Below are positions 61,890 through 64,000 of a stretch of 64,000 nt of DNA, in pieces. The notes beneath the pieces were generated by a model. That model was given only the letters and a program-made list of their open reading frames with translations, was not told the DNA's origin and did no database searches. The stretch is taken from assembly GCA_020073005.1 (NCBI GenBank), contig JAIQFX010000047.1:4080-68079 (forward strand), read 5' to 3'. A program made the position numbers and the translations under genes. Every line of letters begins with the position of its first letter. The stretch's first letter is position 1. Source of the stretch: Terriglobia bacterium (GTDB lineage Bacteria > Acidobacteriota > Vicinamibacteria > Vicinamibacterales > CAVVIG01).

Positions 61890-64000
61890 ATGTTTCTGCG
61901 CGCAGGCGTTTTTCTCATCACGCTCTCCGGCCTCGTCTTCGAAATCGGTCTCACGCGGATCTATTCCGCCACCATCTGGTACCACTTCGCGTTCGTCGTC
62001 ATTTCGATGGCGCTGCTCGGGTGGGGACTCGGCGGACTGGCGGTCCATCTCCTGAAACGCACGTGGCCGCTGACGATGGAGAAGGCCGCGGCGTTCGCGC
62101 TGCTCTACGCCGTCGCGATCCCCGCCTGCCTGTGGATCCTCGTGCGGTATCCGTTTCAGATCGATCGGCTGCCGCTGTACTTCCTCGCGCCGCTCGTGCC
62201 GTTCTTCCTCGGCGGCATGGCGCTGTCGATCGTCTTCGACCTGCATCGCGCGATCGCGGGCTCGCTGTACTTCGCCGATCTGCTGGGCGCGTCGCTCGGC
62301 GCGGTATCGGTGACGGTGCTGCTGCAGACGATGGGCGGTGAGGCGTCGCTGCTCGTCGCCGCGGTGGCGCCGATGGCGGCGGCGGCGTGTCTGTCTCAAC
62401 GGCTCCGCCTGATCGCGGCCGGCGGCGCCGTCGTGATGGCCGCGGCCGCGGTGACGAACGGGTCCACGGGTCTGTTCCACGTGATCCCCGGGACGATCAA
62501 AGCGATGCGCCGGCAGATGGAAGAGCGGCCCGGATCGCGCATCGCGCAGACTGGATGGAACGCGTACTCGCGCATCGACGCGGTCGAAGGCATCGGCCCG
62601 CCGTTTCTCGCGCGCCTCTACATCGATTCCGACGCGTGGACGAGCATCCTGCCGTGGAACGGCCGGCTCGACGAACTGCACGAACTGCGCGATTCGTACC
62701 GCGCGCTGCCGTTCCGGCTGACGCCGCACGGCGAGACGCTCGTCATCGGCCCCGGCGGCGGCAGCGACGTGCTCGCGGCGCTCGCGTCCGGCAGCCGCAA
62801 GGTGACCGCCGTCGAGCTGAATCCGCTGATGATTCAGTTCGTCCGCCACTACGGCGAACAGGCGGGCGACATCTATAACCGGCCCGAAGTCGAGATCGTC
62901 TACAGCGAAGGCCGCAATTTCATCAGCCGGACCGATCGCAAGTTCGACACGATCTTTCTCGGTTTCGTCGATTCGTGGGCGTCGGTCGCGTCGGGCGGCC
63001 TTTCGCTGTCGGAGAACTATCTCTACACGACGCAGGCGTTCCGCGCGTACTACGACCACCTGTCCGACGACGGCGTCCTCGTGATTCTTCGCTGGGACAT
63101 GGACATCCCGCGCCTCATTTCGAATTCGGTCGCGCTGCTCGGCGTCGACGAAGCGGCGAAGCGCGCGGTGGTGCTGAAGGAGAAGCGCGGCTCGCCGACG
63201 GATCCGTCGCAGATGCTGTTCATGCTGCGCAAGCGTCCGTTCACGCCGGCGGAAACGGCGATGATGCTGAACGACTGGACGATGGCGAATCCGTTCATCG
63301 TGCCGGGACGGCGGGCGCCGCCGCCGTACGACGATCTGCTCGGCGGGAAGAAGTCGATGGCGGCGTACGAGGCCGAGTCGCCGAAGCTCGTCGGCCCGGT
63401 GTTCGACGACAGCCCGTTCTACTTCGCGGTCGAGCGGCCGTGGGGCATGCCGCAGCAGATCGCGCAGCGCCTGTTCACGTGGCTGCTGGCGCCCAGCCTC
63501 GCGCTGCTCGCCGTCTTCTCCGCGTTCGGCAAGCCGAAAGGCGAGCGCGTGGCGCCGTACGCGTCATCGATCGTGTACTTCGCGTCGCTCGGCTTCGGCT
63601 TCATCGCCATCGAGCTGGCGCTGCTGCAGGACCTGACGCTGCTGCTCGGCCATCCGATCTTCACGCTGTCGGTGCTGCTGTTCACGCTGCTGGCGGCCGG
63701 CGGCGTCGGCAGCTCCGTGAGCGGACGCGTGGCGCCGCGCACGGCGTGCCTGATCGTCGCCGTCCTCGGCGCGATCGAAGCGGTTGCGCTGCCGCGGCTG
63801 GTGCCGCTGCTGCTGCCGCTCCCGCTGGCGGCGCGTGTCGCGATCGCGATCGCCGTGATCGCGCCGCTCGGGCTCGTGATGGGGATGCCGTTTCCGCGCG
63901 GCCTGCAGAGCACGGGCCGCGGCGCGCTGCCCGCGCCGCCGTTCTTCTGGGGCTTGAACGGAATCATGTCCGTCGTCGGATCGGTGACAACGGTGTTCGT
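61890..64000 (+). CDS. Membrane-embedded spermidine-synthase-like (SAM-dependent aminopropyl/methyltransferase fold) protein flanked by polytopic TM regions. Partial: runs off the window.
   Basis: Absent from the track because there is no stop. My translation from the ATG at 61890 reads MFLRAGVFLITLSGLVFEIGLTRIYSATIWYHFAFVVISMALLGWG... The central 'TLVIGPGGGSDVLAAL...VTAVELNP' is a SAM-binding motif. C-terminal TM helices continue to 64000. Confidence 0.75.
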   Translation, partial: MFLRAGVFLITLSGLVFEIGLTRIYSATIWYHFAFVVISMALLGWGLGGLAVHLLKRTWPLTMEKAAAFALLYAVAIPACLWILVRYPFQIDRLPLYFLAPLVPFFLGGMALSIVFDLHRAIAGSLYFADLLGASLGAVSVTVLLQTMGGEASLLVAAVAPMAAAACLSQRLRLIAAGGAVVMAAAAVTNGSTGLFHVIPGTIKAMRRQMEERPGSRIAQTGWNAYSRIDAVEGIGPPFLARLYIDSDAWTSILPWNGRLDELHELRDSYRALPFRLTPHGETLVIGPGGGSDVLAALASGSRKVTAVELNPLMIQFVRHYGEQAGDIYNRPEVEIVYSEGRNFISRTDRKFDTIFLGFVDSWASVASGGLSLSENYLYTTQAFRAYYDHLSDDGVLVILRWDMDIPRLISNSVALLGVDEAAKRAVVLKEKRGSPTDPSQMLFMLRKRPFTPAETAMMLNDWTMANPFIVPGRRAPPPYDDLLGGKKSMAAYEAESPKLVGPVFDDSPFYFAVERPWGMPQQIAQRLFTWLLAPSLALLAVFSAFGKPKGERVAPYASSIVYFASLGFGFIAIELALLQDLTLLLGHPIFTLSVLLFTLLAAGGVGSSVSGRVAPRTACLIVAVLGAIEAVALPRLVPLLLPLPLAARVAIAIAVIAPLGLVMGMPFPRGLQSTGRGALPAPPFFWGLNGIMSVVGSVTTVF

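Noticed and set aside
1-64000. Looked for tRNA, rRNA or tmRNA genes, transposases, integrases and phage structural genes that could explain the rearranged patches.
   Set aside because: None were recognised. All intergenic gaps are at most about 320 nt and lack tRNA-like cloverleaf features by eye. A proper tRNAscan/Infernal and ISfinder search is still needed.

Overview
High-GC bacterial chromosomal window (most lines I hand-counted are about 65-77% G+C). The gene content resembles a soil Acidobacteriota- or Gemmatimonadota-like organism, but that is inference only. I support about 50 protein-coding genes, tightly packed on both strands. I found no rRNA, tRNA, CRISPR array, transposase or integrase. 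The ORF track prints GTG and TTG starts as M, and many listed long ORFs are Arg/Ala-rich shadow frames of real genes. Two real genes run off the window edges and are absent from the track: 1..1559 (-) and 61890..64000 (+). The backbone is housekeeping and periplasmic metabolism: PQQ dehydrogenase, Tat-dienelactone hydrolase, IlvA, DEAD-box helicase, PilT, EfpL-like factor, ABC and MFS transporters, nucleoside hydrolase and ribokinase. Accessory or rearranged patches are: (1) a lower-GC left edge with a small ORF and a PLD-nuclease/helicase fusion; (2) a 4-10 kb region with a 110-bp direct-repeat pair around an NHL gene, a long palindromic element, a PQQ-dehydrogenase ORF that reads into that element, and a two-gene cassette bracketed by a duplicated fragment of the hydrolase 3' end; (3) a secreted beta-rich protein followed by a 1065-aa lower-GC patatin-like phospholipase; (4) a 7.4-kb RHS/YD polymorphic toxin (6 PKD-like repeats, PASTA, 2 Big_2, and a PD-(D/E)xK-like C-terminal tip with a hydrophobic tail) with a translationally coupled candidate immunity gene, next to a decayed FG-GAP/ASPIC pseudogene. 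A D-threonine-aldolase-family gene carries a 1-nt frameshift. The strongest candidates for something undescribed are the RHS tip and immunity pair, and the recurring pairing of a secreted beta-rich protein with a membrane-anchored partner. All functional calls rest on motifs I recognised by eye. No database search was run.
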